A DNA stretch of 64,000 nucleotides from the human T2T-CHM13v2.0 reference genome, Homo sapiens, in assembly GCF_009914755.1 (NCBI RefSeq), contig NC_060939.1. The stretch is one strand, 5' to 3'. The notes under the pieces are model-generated. The model saw nothing but the letters and a program-made list of their open reading frames with translations. It did not search any database and had not been told where the DNA came from. The stretch's first letter is position 1, and every line of letters begins with the position of its first letter. The translations under genes were made by a program, and so were the position numbers. Shown here piece by piece: positions 23,100 through 37,800 of this stretch.

Positions 23100-23560
23100 C
23101 CTGAGTGTGCCTCAAGAATCTAAAATTCAACACATTCAAGACGTAGCTTATAATCCATCTCACACACAAAACAAAGCTAAAGAAAACTCATCCTCCTACA
23201 GTAGATGACACACCATGACCTTTCCAGTTTGTTACTCAATCCAGATTGTCATCCTTGACAACTCCTTCTCTCTCACTTTCTCATATGCAAACTATAAGCA
23301 AATTCTGTTGATTTCAACCTCTAAATATCTCTGGAATCCACTCAAGTATCTTTATCTTTATTGCCATTACCCTAGTCCAAGGGGCCTGGCATCCATTCCT
23401 GCCTCCTGCAATCTGTTTTTCATTTTGTGGTACAAGTGATGAAAGTACAAATTTCATCATGTCGCTCTCCAGCTTAAAAGCTTTCATCATTGTCTTCTTA
23501 TTCTTGGGATAGAGATAAGTAATTGATAAGATCCTGCATGAGCTATTCCCTGCTATCCTC
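23100..23560 (+). mobile_element. L2 LINE fragment
   Basis: GTCATCCTTGAC...TCCTTCTCTCTCAC...AGCAAATTCTGTTGATT...AAATATCTCTGGAATCCA...CCCTAGTCCAAG. Confidence 0.75.
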
Positions 23561-23889
23561 TCTCTCACTTTCTATACGCTTTGCAACATCTGGCTTCAGA
23601 GGTAGACAGAATAATGCAGTTTTAAAACAATAAATCATGATGCAAGTCTTGACCAAATGTCCCTTGGACAACCACCATCACTCTCAAAGGATTCGGCCCA
23701 TGGGCTACAAGCTCACTGTAGAGCCATTTTTTTTTGTGGGCAACTAGGAAAACACATTTCTTAGTCTTTGAAATGTCCTCTTCCTTTGGGCAGGGAAGTA
23801 AGGGAGACCCCCTCTGAGAGGTTACGGTACTATGGGAAGGCATTTCAGAGGTCACTGTTTGTGACTGTAAGTAATAGCTATTAAAATTG

Positions 23890-24100
23890 GTTGATATTTA
23901 TTGAGCACTTATTTTAAGTACACAGCTTAATTGAAGCCACATGACAATCCCATGTGGTAGGATTCTTGTCATTCTCATTTCTGAAAGGTAGAAATATGAA
24001 TAATCTGCTCAAGGACACAGGTAATATTAATCAGACCCACATTTCAAATCCAGGAGAGTGTCATTCCAAGTCGAAATTTTTACAGCATGCTCTACTGCCT
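23890..24100 (-). mobile_element. MIR
   Basis: ATTTATTGAGCACTTA...ACAATCCCATGTGGTAGG...AATCTGCTCAAGGACACA...ATTTCAAATCCAGG. Confidence 0.7.
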
Positions 24101-25874
24101 CTCTTGACTTTTATTACAGGGCTGGGGAACTGGTTCAGTAGAGAGGGGACCAGCTGCATGGGCCAGAGCCTTAGGAGGATGTATGGAAAGGTGAAAGGTG
24201 CTTTACCTTGGGAGTTCAAATGGAGTCACTCAAAGAGACTGGTCTGAGCTGAAGGTCAAGAGAGAAATGTCCCTAAAATAGAGATAGGGATGGAAGAGAA
24301 AGGGAAAGAGCAAATACTGGGTCAACTTAGATGAGAACTGGCTCAGAGGAGAATGCCAGGGGTCCAGATGGGTAATTTGGTGAAAGGACAGATGTTAAGT
24401 TAATAAGGGGCTTTTTTGGGGGATTGTCACACGACTTTGGGGGTTTCCTTCCTTGAAGGCTTGGTGGTTGGATATTGTGAAAACTAATGTTAGGTAAGGT
24501 CAGATGTCATTTCCCAGTTCTGATCTTACACAACTTATGTGAGGCAGTCTGTAAAGTCTCTACAGTAGGACTAACCAGCAACTCTGTTTCATTAGGAGTT
24601 AATTCTGTTTTATCAGGCGTTAGCTGGGCATGTCCCTTACCTGCTCTAATGGGGAGCAGCACTCCTGATTCTGTCTCTGCAAGGACCCCTTGTTTGAATA
24701 GGATGCCAGGAAAATGGGCTGGATTTGTCATTGAGAATACTGCTGTTCCAATCCTTCTCTACCCAAAGGTGTTGGAACCTGAATGAAAGTCTCAGGCCCA
24801 CTTAACAGCAAATTTGACAGTGACTGGGATAAAATCATTGATGTTTAGCAACTATGGAAAATCATAAACCTGGAGGAACAGGAGATGGTAAACTCAGGAA
24901 CTAAAGGCAGCCTTAGTCTACAGCAAAGGTGTTAAAACTTGACAAGGATGGGTCCCATGGATAGGAGAGCCAAATGCACAAGAACATGATGGTTGAGATG
25001 TGCTGCCTCACATTTTATAAAAATCTCAACATCCTGCAGCTTTGGGATTGTCTTACCTAAAAGGCAGAGATTAATTTAGCCTTTATCATTACTAGATATG
25101 GAGCCTCTAAAATGAGCACCATGGGAGACTTTTTGCATCCTAAAGTAATCTGAAAATAGAGAAACTGAATTTTTTTGTTTGTTCTTTAAAGGAGACATCT
25201 AGTGTCCCTAAATGTGGGAGAAGGAAAGAGACAAAATGGTGTTGCTCAGGCTGAAATACCAATACTCCCTTTTATACCACTTTTTCATTTCCTTAAGGCT
25301 AAACATATCTGATTATTTACAGCCATACCAAAAATCTGTCTATCTAAAATTATGCAGCAATAATACACAATATCAGAATTGAATTGCTGACATCTAAAGA
25401 AGGTTTGCACTTGGTAATTCATTGTCACTCTACTTTACGCAGCACAAAGGGCTGTGCCACTAGGAAAACAAAAGCTACATGATTCAAGGGATCTAGGACT
25501 AGCCTATATTTGCATAGATGCCATTTTACTTTACCTAATGAACTTGTGAAGCCCAAAAGACCACTTACTTCTTGAGTTCCTGGCTTGTGACTTTGTTCCT
25601 CTTTCTTTGTGGAGTCCCCTGTCTGGCTGGTGATTTCTACTGGATATTGGATCATTTGGTTGTTTTGCCTGGGCTGTTGCTCTGTTACTGTTATTCTCTC
25701 TGCTAAAGATGATGAGATGTTGTTGCAAAGTGGCTGTTGTTAGTTCCTTCTTAAGTCCTTTATTTAGCATTCTTCAGTATTTAGCATAAAAAATTCTTTA
25801 ACATTCTTCATTTTCTCATACATCTCTGACAGTAAGAGCTAGGCAGAGCAAGCATTGAGAGGCAACAAATGGTG

Positions 25875-26370
25875 TATCAGGTGGGATCCTTGGTCACAAG
25901 CATAATAAACAAATGCTGGCTAACTTAAGCAGGAAGGGAATGTATTGCAGTGATCTCAGGTAGCTCACAAACCAATGTGATGGTGGCAGAGCCAGGCTTG
26001 GGAAATAGGCAGGAACTGAGGCATGAACAATCAGCTCAGCAGGAACAACATGTTTTTGGGCCCTTCTGACTGGACCTTCCACACCACTGGCAGCAAGGGT
26101 CAACTACATCCCCATTCCTGCTGCTCCTGCATGAATAATGCCCTACACTCCAGAATCCCAGGTAAGAGCATTGCTTGGCCAAGCTTTGGAAATGCACTCT
26201 TCAGTTGCCAGCTGACAGGGAGAGTATACATCTGGCCCCTTTAGCCCCAGAGGTTGGCTGGATGTGCTTCCTGCCAAGGAATCCTGCCCAATGGGGACTG
26301 TCCCTGAATACAAAGGAAGTCCCAGAAGGGAGTTTCAGACAGAAGATGGACTTCTCTGCATTGACTTTGG
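25875..26370 (-). mobile_element. Very old MaLR/ERVL LTR remnant (MLT1-like)
   Basis: CTGGCTAACTTAAGCAGGAAGGGAATGTATTG...GGTAGCTCACA; TTGGCCAAGCT. Confidence 0.5.
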
Positions 26371-27121
26371 TCTCTCTGTGTCTCACTACCGGATTTGCGA
26401 CAATCACGATGTGTCTTCTGAAGGCCTTGGAACAGAGGTTGTCCTGGAGTCTGAGAAAGGATGAGACCACAGTTGTGAATGATTGCAGGCACTTCTTGGA
26501 AAACTGCTTTGTTTTTTCCAACAAAATCATATTCATGTGTCATTGTATATCAGCATAATGCCACAGGGCCACAATCATGTCCCATTCAACTCAGCCCCCA
26601 AAGTCTAAAGATTATAAATGGCATTTATGAGCTACTTGATATGCAATCCTTCATTGATATTTGTATATCCCTAGGGAAGGTTTCTGTTGATGTATTATTG
26701 TTGCTATCATGTCTATTTTACGGTATCTATTTATTGCAGGCCACTCAATTCTTTGTAATAATGTAGGATGATAAATGAGTGTGTTAATAACCAACTAGAA
26801 CCTACCTAGAAGAATAACTAACTAATCATATAGTAAATAATTAAATGAAAAAACAAAACACATGTAAAGATTTAAGTTCTGGACTACCGCCAAGCAGATT
26901 AGACCACACCCATTTACGATCTTGTCCATTTTCCAACAATAACGGAGTAGGGGTCAACAGCCATTCTTGCTCATTCTGGGTCTCCTCTTGCCCTAGAATT
27001 CAGGTAGGTGGTCTGACTGCCATCACTCTGCCCAGCCCCCGCAATTCTTGCCATGACTGGGTGTACCTTCTCAGTTTAGAGGAGAATGAAATCTGTGTTC
27101 TATTACCTATAGTCCAGCCCC

Positions 27122-28051
<930 letters not shown>

Positions 28052-29234
28052 TCAGGGACTCTTTGGGTAGAGGCTGTAGCATCAAGCAAACAAAGAAAGC
28101 CTGAGCTGGCCCCTAAGCTAGCTAGAACCTCATTGACTCATCACCATCTGCCTGGACATGTCAAGCTCTCAGCAGTTCATAAGGAAGATAGCAGATGTCT
28201 GTTAGCCCATGGACAATGTGCAAATGCATTGCTGAGGTGGGGGTGAAGGCCAGGCCTTGGAAAACAACAGAAGGAAATCGTGGATAAAAATCCCTCTGTA
28301 TAGATGGTAGTCCCAGTGTGATGAGGCATTTTTTTCCACAAAATTCAAATATACAAGTTTAAAGAAAGGATACATTAAGAAGATGAAAGTGTGAATAGTA
28401 ATAGTGACCAATGCTGCCTGCTAAGAAGGTTAAGACATTTTCTCAGCAGAGCCTGGGCTGAGTTGCATTTACCTGGCATTAAGGCAGCACCCACCTTCCA
28501 GTAAGGACTTCCTGTCTTAAAAGCAGTAACCTGGAGTATCACCTTTATGAAGCACCTGGATTAAAAGAACTTGGAAGTTGAAAAGTTACTCTTTACAAAG
28601 CATCAAATGGATTTCCCTTTTTTTTTTTAATAAGGATAATCTATGGGCTACACAGTAGTCATTTCCATTAAATAGCCAGCTTGAAAAAAAAAAGAAAAAA
28701 AGAAGGAAAAAGCTTTGAAAACTTTACTTGCAGTATCTTTTCATTCTTTCTTTGATGTATTTGGAGTGAGGAGAATACATTAGTGCCTTTTAGCTTGACA
28801 GCAAAGTCTCTCAAATGTAAGTGAATGGAAAAGAACTGACTAGAGTGTTTATTTCATTTTCAGAATTCTAACGTCAAGACTGTTTCCTCAAAAGGCCAAA
28901 AAAAAAAAAAGCAGAAACAATGCTGAAGTTTTAAACAATGCATTTACTTCTCAGGAGTAGTCAGCTTCAATTAAATGGATGCCGTCCCACAGGAGATTTT
29001 CTTAGGAACAGGTAGAATTGTCAGTCCGTGTACCCTACAGCTCACGGCCAAGGTGATGTCCACATGGGCACCTGGTTGTCATGCTGGAGATAGGCCTCAG
29101 AGAGAAGAGAGTGAGACTTGACTCCACAGTCAAGACTGCCTGGTCTCCCATAGCCTGTTCCCCATCTCAGTTGACTGCTAGATATCCACCCCCACTCTTT
29201 GCCCTCACCCAGCCCCCTCTCCTTCTACAGAAAT

Positions 29235-29650
29235 GGACATTTTCCTGGCCCATGACCTCCCACTTGAGATGAGATTTCTTATGCTCTTTGATGACTAGAT
29301 GTACTCTGTCAACAGAAGTAAGAGTTTTGTGTGCCACTTCCAGGTCTTGACCTTAAAGGAGGGAGATGTGCTCCTCCTTTCTGTCTCTCCCCTGCTGTCA
29401 GGGTAAGATGTGGACTGTGTTCATAGCAGGGACCGAGCACCTGCCACCCAGATGAAGATGGCATCCCGAGAGAGAGTAGTTCAACAAGATGGAAGGGATC
29501 TGAGGCCACAGATGACTTTTGAAGGAAACACTGTCCCACCATCTACACCTGCCATCTTCAGAGCCATGTGGGGAGAAAAACTTCTGTGTTATTTAGTTAC
29601 TATGGTTTAGCATCTCCTTGTCTTCACAGCTTAGCCATTAGTCTCCCCTA
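29235..29650 (+). mobile_element. Old MaLR LTR (MLT1J-like)
   Basis: TGTGTGCCACTTCCAGG...CCTTAAAGG...ACAAGATGGAAGG...GAGAAAAACTTCTGTGTTATTTA. Confidence 0.6.
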
Positions 29651-30984
29651 CTAACCAGAGACCTTTAGTTGCCTCAATGACTCCTACAGTAGTGCCCTTC
29701 CCTAGGTCTATATGACTTTTGCTAAGTCACTCATTTAAAAAAGGTTAAGCTTAAATTATGTTTCAGGCATCCTATTCTGCTCTGGGAATAGTCATGGCAT
29801 TCAAGACTGGACACATATGTGTTCCATGAGCCATTCTCTTAGGGTTAGCCCTAAACTTGCAAGCCAGCTTTTCTGACAATCCTCTACTAATGTGTGGTTG
29901 CTCCTCCTGGGAAAACTGGTGGATCCTAACATTAGCCTTTTAGACCATCTTTACACTGAGAGTTTTTAGGAAAATATGGCAGACCAGGTGGAGAAAGGCT
30001 TGGATTCCACTGGGCCCTAATAGTGTTTCTCCAGATTCAGTGTCCAGAGCTATTGTTTCCTGCTCCAGCGTGATTGACATTGTCTTATTCCCTTCCCTAC
30101 TGGGGTTTCAAAAGAGATACATAGGTTTTGAGGACATCTTAAGATTTTTGGCTGAGTCTCCATCTGTTGACTAATTACAAGCAAAATTTTTGCCTTTTTT
30201 TAAAAAAAGCTAGTATTTGACAAAAATAATTTTTAAAAATCATTATAGATAATGACAATGTAAGTGGATGTTTTTCTCAACCTCCTCAGGCCTAGCAAAA
30301 TTTAGAAATACAATGCAGTGCTTAAAATATATACACATCCTTAAGTTTTATGATGCCTAACTTTTAATACAGCTGTTTCATGATTTTAAAATGGTCTTAT
30401 ATGGTGTGATATATAAATAATGCCTATTTACAATATAAATAAATGTTCTTATACCTAGTTATGAAAGTAGAGTAATCCGTTTTAAGAATTCCTTATATTT
30501 AAAAAATTCAGTTTTAGGAAGCGGGGTAGCTACTACCATTCTAACAGCATTCATCATGAGTTATTTTTTTTTTCCCTAGGGAGTTAATGTATTTCAATCT
30601 CATTTGGTTTATAAAACTTATTGACAATTCCTGGGAACATACACAGAGACAGACTGTGCTGTTTCTTGACTTTTTGGTCCCCTAGAATTGAGGGTGAAGA
30701 ATCTTTCTTCTATAAATAATGTCTTAACACCTTGCAGGCACACACACACCCACGCACAATTTTATAGACATGCAGTTTGTTCACACAAAATTCTGCAGGG
30801 AAATAAAAGCTTTTCCTACCAAGCTGGTATAAACAGCAACAAATCAGAAGAGGAGCTCTGCAGCCATTGGTGCACCGTCACTTACCCAGTGGGATGGGAA
30901 CTCACTTAATTATAAGAAGTATGTACATATTAATTTTAAATTTAAATAGAAGAATATATGCTTACAATATATAAACCATTAGTT

Positions 30985-31085
30985 GATCAATCAACGACTA
31001 TCTCATTGGGTATTACTAAATGCTAGATACTATTCTAGACAACAGGCTACAGCAGTGAACTAGACTTACCTCAGTCCTAGATCTG
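30985..31085 (-). mobile_element. L2 3' end
   Basis: TACTAAATGCTAGATACTATTCTAG...GCTACAGCAGTGAACTAGAC. Confidence 0.6.
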
Positions 31086-32223
31086 TAGGATTTTATTTTC
31101 TTATAAACCAATCGTAGGACTCAAGCAATAAGAAAAACAGCAAAAAGAAATTGACCAGTAGTAGAGGATCATGGATGCACAGAAAATATAGTTTCAAGAT
31201 GGCTTGGTGTGTGTACTTTCCCATCCTGACCATGGAACATCCCCAGATTTTCTGTCTTTGTTCATTTGCCAGTTTCTATTCTTTCTTCTCTGCTCCACTC
31301 TCTCCTCAATGTTCCTGCTTCCCACTGATGTAGTAATCCCAAAGAGGACACAGAGGTTAGGACGAACCATTATATGACCGATTGTGGGATACTGGATTTC
31401 AGTTCTGTGCTCTTCATGGATAAGCGTCTTGGTTTGGTACCATGAGGGAACATTCAGCGATTTATCGAGCTTGGAGGATGAGAAATCTTACAGATTGTGA
31501 ATCGACTGGAAGGGTCAGTCTGAACTGGCCAGATGTGTTGGGGCTCAGGAGTAAGATGGAAGATGCCTGAAGAGTGCAAGCAACCCAAACCTGCTCTGGT
31601 GTCTGTAAGATAAAGTTCATTTATCCAAGGAAATGAAAGAACGATGTCCTGAAGCTCAACCACTTCAGAAAAATGCCTGGGCGAGGGAATGGCAGCAGAG
31701 CAGAACTTTCTGTACAGAGCTCACAGATGCAGCAGGCAGGCAGGAACAACAGGGCTCAAACAGCCCATGAGCCTTGCTCTCTCCTGCCCCCAATTTTAAG
31801 CACATAGTCAACTTCATATCTGATGTTAAAATCTTCTACTCATGGGATGAACTTTAATCCAACCTACACTGTGATTTCAAAACAACCTACTCGTTAGGAT
31901 AAAGATGCATCTGTAAAAGTTGTCAAAAGTAAAACTAACATCAGATGAGTTATTGGGAATTACGGCAAGTCAACAGGTGAGGTTTTACTGATGGAAGTTT
32001 CTAGGAAGTGGCAAATAATGTAGAGAAAGAAGAACGGCTGCAGGTATAATCTGAGAGATTTATCTCTGCACTGACTAGGAGAGGAGGTGTTTTTATTTCC
32101 ATGCAATTGGTGTTTGTTTTTAAGATGAAATTGCTCTTAAAAATAGAGAAGATGGAGCAAGTCAAATGTGAATACCCTCACATTACATGGGTTCTATATT
32201 GCCTGTTTGTTTTTCTCATAACT

Positions 32224-32673
32224 TGTGGCAGAGATTGCTACTTGTCCACTATCTGTTCTCCCCACAGCCCTCCGTGAGGGGCACACACCATCTGGAGTAA
32301 AGACTTCATGTTCCAGCCCCTCTTGTGGCTGGATAAGGCCATGTGGTTGAATTTTGGCCAGTGGGACTTAGGGACAGTGTCATATGCAGCTTTTGGAAGT
32401 GCCCTTAAAGGGAGGGCTGTACTTTTCTCCTTCTCTTTCCTCCTTCCTCCCGTTGTGATGTAAAGCAGTGGCTGGAACTCCATGTTGATCGAAGCCTCAC
32501 TCCAGACATTGGGAAGCTGCAAGCTGCAGGGAGTCCCTGATGATTTTGTGAACTGGCTGTACTGGAATGCACACGGCTGAATTTGTGCGTGAGAGAATAA
32601 AGCCTTGGGGTTCAAGTCACTCTTAGTCTGGGTTTGCTGTAGCCTGCGACCAAACTTAATCCTCACTAACTCC
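32224..32673 (+). mobile_element. MaLR solo LTR (MLT1J-like)
   Basis: TGTGGCAGAGATTGCTA start; GGCCATGTG...TTTTGGCCAGTGG; GGAAGTGCCCTTAAAGGGAG; GTGAGAGAATAAA; AACTTAATCCT. Confidence 0.82.
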
Positions 32674-33743
32674 GAGTATATTCCTGTTTGGACCTCACAC
32701 CCAGAAGGGTGTCTCCTGGTCTCAGGGACAGAACTCTCTTTCACTATAGGTTAGTTAGTATATTGGGCTGCAGTTTAAAAATCAGCGTCTTAAGTGTTTG
32801 GTCAAAGTTGATTAATCCTTCAGGCTCTTACTAATGGACTCATTGATAAAATCGAGTTCTTATATTTAAAATACAGCAAAATATTTGAACTAGAGCCTAA
32901 ACTTTGGTACTTAGCGAGCTTGTGAAGCTTAACTTGAAATAATTAGGCAGGTCAGACTGTCATTACAATAAAAATAATCCACCTAACATCTGTATATCTA
33001 ATTATTAAATATCAAACCTTAATACATTTTGATTACCTAAGCATTACAGGTATATTTTAGCAAACTTTAAAAGCACAGAAAAGTACACATCAGAAAAAAA
33101 AGAAACACTAACCTTATCCAATACTGTAGAAATTATCCACTATTAACATTTTTGTTTTTTTCAGTTGTATTTATTTATATATTTTATGCATAGTAATTCA
33201 CATGATAACAAATCATATCAGTCACAGGCATTCCTAATTTGAATATGTATTATGTTCCAAAGTTAGTAAGCTAGTCAGTTGATTTTGGATAAACCCTCCT
33301 AGGAAAACAGTATTTTAGGTGGAGATGATGTTCCTGGACTTGGTAATGACAATAACACTCTGAAAATTGGGTGACAGGAATTGAGAAGAGCCTGTTCTAC
33401 TGTTCTACTTTTCTGAGGATAGGCATCCTTGGGCTAAATTGTGAATAGGCAAAATTGACACTGACATGCCCATTTTATTCCTTTTTGCTCCTTACTTCCC
33501 TAGATTTCTGGGTTTAATGGAACCACATGTGCAAAGGACATCTGAGTTTTCATTGCTCAATAACACTTCCATTACTCTTTTTGGAAGGAGAAATGCTCCT
33601 TGCACTCATCAATTGTGTGGTTCATGTGGAGGCTGCCAGTTACCTTTCCGTGAGTCTCAGTACCAAGCCTGACAATGGTTCTTTCCAATACCCTGGTCAG
33701 AGCACATGGTCTAGGTATGAAAGTTGGGTCAATCAGTGTCCTG

Positions 33744-33746
<3 letters not shown>

Positions 33747-33777
<31 letters not shown>

Positions 33778-33865
33778 CTGGTCTTGAACTCCTGGCCTCA
33801 AGTGATTCTCCTGCCTTGGCCTCCCAAAGCACTGGGCTTACAGGTGTGAGCCACCACACCCAGCC
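33747..33865 (-). mobile_element. (AT)14 microsatellite joined to an ~88-nt Alu 5' fragment
   Basis: AT repeat 33747-33774; CTGGTCTTGAACTCCTGGCCTCAAGTGAT...GTGAGCCACCACACCCAGCC. Confidence 0.9.
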
Positions 33866-34199
33866 TGATATTTTTAAAATAGAGCCACTAGGGAAGTCCT
33901 TTTCTTTGGTTTCCCCACTGACATAATCGAAGTCCTCAGCAGCCTTCTCCCCCTGGATTCATGGTGATAATCCCAAACTTTTCTTCTATCTCAGTAATTT
34001 GATTTTCAGCAACATCAAATGTATTTATTAGCTATATAACAGTGACATTCGTGTCTTCATTTTTTTTTTCAAGGACCACACTTTGCCTTTTCATTTGATC
34101 CTGTGGTTTCGTCATTGTATTGTTGATCATTTATTTTTACTAAATCAATGACCTTCCTGTTTTCCTATAGTATAGAAGACCCAGGAAATTTTCCTTTCT

Positions 34200-34639
34200 G
34201 TTCTTTGCACTATTGGCCTATTTTTTTCCTCTAGACCTCATGCTCTTTGCTGTGTGACTTTGTAGTTTTTCTCTCTAAAGAGGCAGTTTTTCTCTCTTTT
34301 GCCCTGCCCTTTGACTGTGGGTTTGGCCAGGGCTATGCTTTGGTAAATAAAATAATGCAGAGATGATGGTGCACCAGGTTAAGGGCTGCCTTAAGAGGCC
34401 TTGCATATTTTCATTTGCCTTCTAGCACCTCTGCCATAATCATGGGAAAAACATCTCTGGGCTAGCCCACAGATTTCAGGAGGAGGCTGAGAAATGTGGA
34501 AAGCAGAGACATCCTAGTTGAGCCCATCCTACATCAGCTGACCCCTAGACAAACCACAGATGTGTGAAAAATAATAAATGTTGCTTAAAGCCACTGAGTT
34601 CTATTTTGGTGTGCACTGTAGCAATAGTTAACAAATACA
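34200..34639 (+). mobile_element. MaLR solo LTR (MLT1I-like)
   Basis: TGTGACTTTGTAG...CTAAAGAGGC...GCCTTAAGAGGCCTTGCAT...CACCTCTGCCAT...AATAAATG...AAGCCACTGAG...GCAATAGTTAACAAATACA. Confidence 0.82.
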
Positions 34640-34664
34640 GTATGCAAAGTCCCTCTGTTTCCCT

Positions 34665-34897
34665 AATTTTTTAATTTATTTTTAAATTGAAAATTGTAGA
34701 TACGTGTGGTGTTGAACATGTTTTGATATATGTATACATGGTGAAATGGCTACATCAAGGGAATTAACATATCCATTGCCTCACATACTTATCATTTTTT
34801 TTGTGTGTGTGGTGAGAACACTTAAAATCTACTTTCCTGGCAATTTTTGAGTATAAAATGCATCATTATTAACTAGAATCACCATATTGTACAACAG
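34665..34897 (-). mobile_element. L1MA-like 3' end
   Basis: TTAACATATCCATTGCCTCACATACTTATCATTTT...GTGGTGAGAACACTTAAAATCTACT. Confidence 0.88.
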
Positions 34898-34954
34898 CTA
34901 GGTTGTACATCTGGTTGGTTTATTCTTTCTTTCTTTTCTTTCTTTTTTTTTTTT

Positions 34955-35207
34955 TATGATAGCCATTTTGGCTGGTATGAGATGGTTTCTCATTATGGTT
35001 TCTCATATGGCATTTCTCTGGTGATTAGTGATGCTGAGCATTTTTTCATACGCTTGTTGGTCCCTTATGTGTCTTCTTTTGAGAAGTGTCTGTTCATGTC
35101 CTTTGCCTGCTTTTTAATGGGGTTGTTTGGTTTTTGTTTGTTGAATTGTTTAAGTTCCTTACAGATTCTGGATATTAGTCATTTGTTGGATGTGTAGTTT
35201 GTGAATA
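34955..35207 (-). mobile_element. L1 ORF2 fragment (L1PB/L1MA-like)
   Basis: CATTTCTCTGGTGATTAGTGATGCTGAGCATTTTTTCATA...TCTTCTTTTGAGAAGTGTCTGTTCATGTCCTTTGCC. Confidence 0.9.
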
Positions 35208-35208
35208 C

Positions 35209-35707
35209 TGTATTTCATTTTCTATTGCTGCATAATAAGTTATTACAAAACTTAGGGGCTTAAAACAACAATTATTTTTCATGATTATATAAATTGACCA
35301 GGCATGTCTTCTTTGCATGGTGTCACCTGGGAGGTGAGGTGGCTGAAAGGTCCAAAATGGCCTAATTCACCTGGCTGGCAGTAAGTGCTACCAGGGAGCT
35401 CTCCTGGCGGAAGCTGACTGAGACCATCCTTCTCTAGGCATAGAAATAGGCTACTTGGGCTTCCTCACAGCATGGTAGTATAAGGGCAGATAGATATCTT
35501 ACATGGCAGCTGGCTTCTAAGAGTGAAAAAGCAGACACGTACAGAATGTATCAAGCATTTGATTATGAGACCTGACTTCAGACAGCATTACTTATGCCAC
35601 ATTTTATTGGTTAAAGTAGCTCACAGGGCCCAGACCAGTTTTAAAGGAAGGCATGAATATTGGGAGTTGGGTTCTATTGGGGTGGGTCACTGAAATGAAT
35701 ATATACA
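35209..35707 (-). mobile_element. MaLR solo LTR (MLT1F/G/H-like)
   Basis: TCTATTGCTGCATAATAA...CAAAACTTAGGGGCTTAAAACAAC; GGTCCAAAATGGCCT; TTGGGCTTCCTCACAGCATGG; CACATTTTATTGG. Confidence 0.8.
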
Positions 35708-37269
35708 AGTGTCTGTATGTATATCTACATCGGCACCTCTGTCATATCTGTCGATTTCTCTATATCTGTATCTCCATACACTTCACACACTTAAATGTAG
35801 TCTTTATTTTTTAAGACAAGCCTATTCAATTTGCTCAATATTTGAGACTTGATATTATCTGAGAATGAAGAATTGAAGTATGAACAGATCACAGCATTTC
35901 AGAGGAAAAGAAGAAGTTAGAGATCTTCTAGTTAAACTTCATTATTTTCAGATGAGAGAACTACTTTGTTACTCAGCACTATCTCCATTAGGCCAAATGG
36001 CATTTACTCTCTTTTTTTTTTTTTTTTTGACAATACTAGGCAATTATTTTACATTTATTCAGTTGTTCCAACATCATAGGAATTGAACAGTAAATGACTG
36101 TAATGCCCCAGTCAAGTAGCACATTCACAATCTGATCACTTTTTTGGGATTTTGCTAATTATCTTACATCTAAATTGGAGTTACTACAAATGAAACTCTG
36201 ATTTTAGAGGCAAACAATCAGGATAAACTTGATGTCTTTGGGAGTTTTCTGAGAAAATAGAAAACAGTGCATATCAACCATAAGTGGGAGAGATAATTCT
36301 CCATTGAGAGATGATTTTGCTTAACTGAGCAAGAAAAAAATGCATATTTTTAAAAATCCCCAATGACTTAATTCACTAAGAAATTTTGGTTTCATTTACA
36401 ATGTTGGATGTGAATACAAATGTTGTTTTGTAGGAAAGTTGATCTTTAGACTACTTATTTAATTTATATTAGTCCATTTCAACCTGTATTCTATTTAGTG
36501 ATCCCAATGTGCTAGATAGCCTACAGAGATAAAGAAAAAAAGGTATTTATGTCCAACAGTAGGGGAGTTAAATTAATTATGGAACATCCACATGATTTAC
36601 CATGCAGATATTACAACATGTATTCTTGGAGAATAATGCCACAAAGAAATGTTCAGGATAAATATGTAAGTTAAAAAAAAAAAAGAGTGCTAAGGGCACT
36701 CTTATGTGTGATGTGGACAGATGCAAAGTGTATTCCAATGCTTGGAAAAGCAGCATTTGTGAATAGCAAAAAACAAAAGGAGGCAAACCAAAATGTTAAT
36801 AGAGTGAATTATTTCTGGTTCCTAGGCCTGGTGTAATTTTTTTTCTTTATTTTTCAAATTTTCTACAATCAACAGCTATTACTTGTCAATATGGAAAAGA
36901 AATAAAAAGTTATTTAAATGTATAGAAAACTACTCATCTGTCTGTCTGTCTATCTGTCTATCTAGCTCTCAATCTATATTTGTGTGCCTTGTCTGTTTTG
37001 CTGTTTGTTTATTTCTTCACAACTCTTCATCCTCCTATGTTTGCAAGTGTTCCTAAAAGGCAGAAGTAATTCCATAAACATGTTATGTTTCCAAAGAAAC
37101 ATATTATAAGCCACAAAAATTCTAGGACAATGCATTTCATTAAAATTACCCTGAAAGACCAAAAAACAGGCACATCTGAGCCTAGGGGTAGCCTGTCCAC
37201 AATGAGGGCATGGGCGTCTACAGAACACCTGATCCTGACCCTTGCCTATTGCATCCATATCATCATAGC

Positions 37270-37800
37270 ATAATGCCATTTGATCACAAGCCATCTTTGA
37301 TCAATGTTTAATGATCAGAGTTTATGTAGCAATCAAAGGCATCATGAAACAGCAGATATTTATAGCTTATGGCCAATTGAGGATCTGCAAAACAGCCGTT
37401 TCCACGGTGTGATACAGTTCAATTGACGCCATTGGCATTCCACAGCACACAGAAACATATCAAAGACATTTGTTATGCTTTGAGCATGAAAGCGAAGTAA
37501 AACACAGATAATTTGAGAAACTAGAAAACTTATCAGGGATGGGATCCACGAGCTGCCTGTCAGTTGGCAGACACAGTGCCACCGAGTGCTTGGCAGGACA
37601 GTGCATGCATGCAAATGTGGGCTGTGCATGGCGACAGCAGGTTTTCCTCCAACTGGAGGATGTTGCTATTCAAGGGGGCTGATGAATGAAACCAGAATTG
37701 CATCAACTGCAGTGGAAAGGCGGACAGGAGCACGAGACAGCTGCGCGGGTGACCGCTTTACAACTAGAAGCTATCAATCAGAAGGCGTGAAAGGCCCAAA
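37270..37800. promoter_or_regulatory. Candidate enhancer with three TCF/LEF motifs and retained CpGs
   Basis: CTTTGAT 37295-37301; ATCAAAG 37332-37338 and 37459-37465; unique sequence. Confidence 0.4.

Noticed and set aside
26023-26766. Overlapping ORFs in several frames
   Set aside because: Locally higher GC in an old LTR remnant lowers stop frequency; no protein similarity
32238-32744. 168-aa minus-strand ORF
   Set aside because: Non-ATG start, antisense to an MLT1J LTR, no recognisable domain
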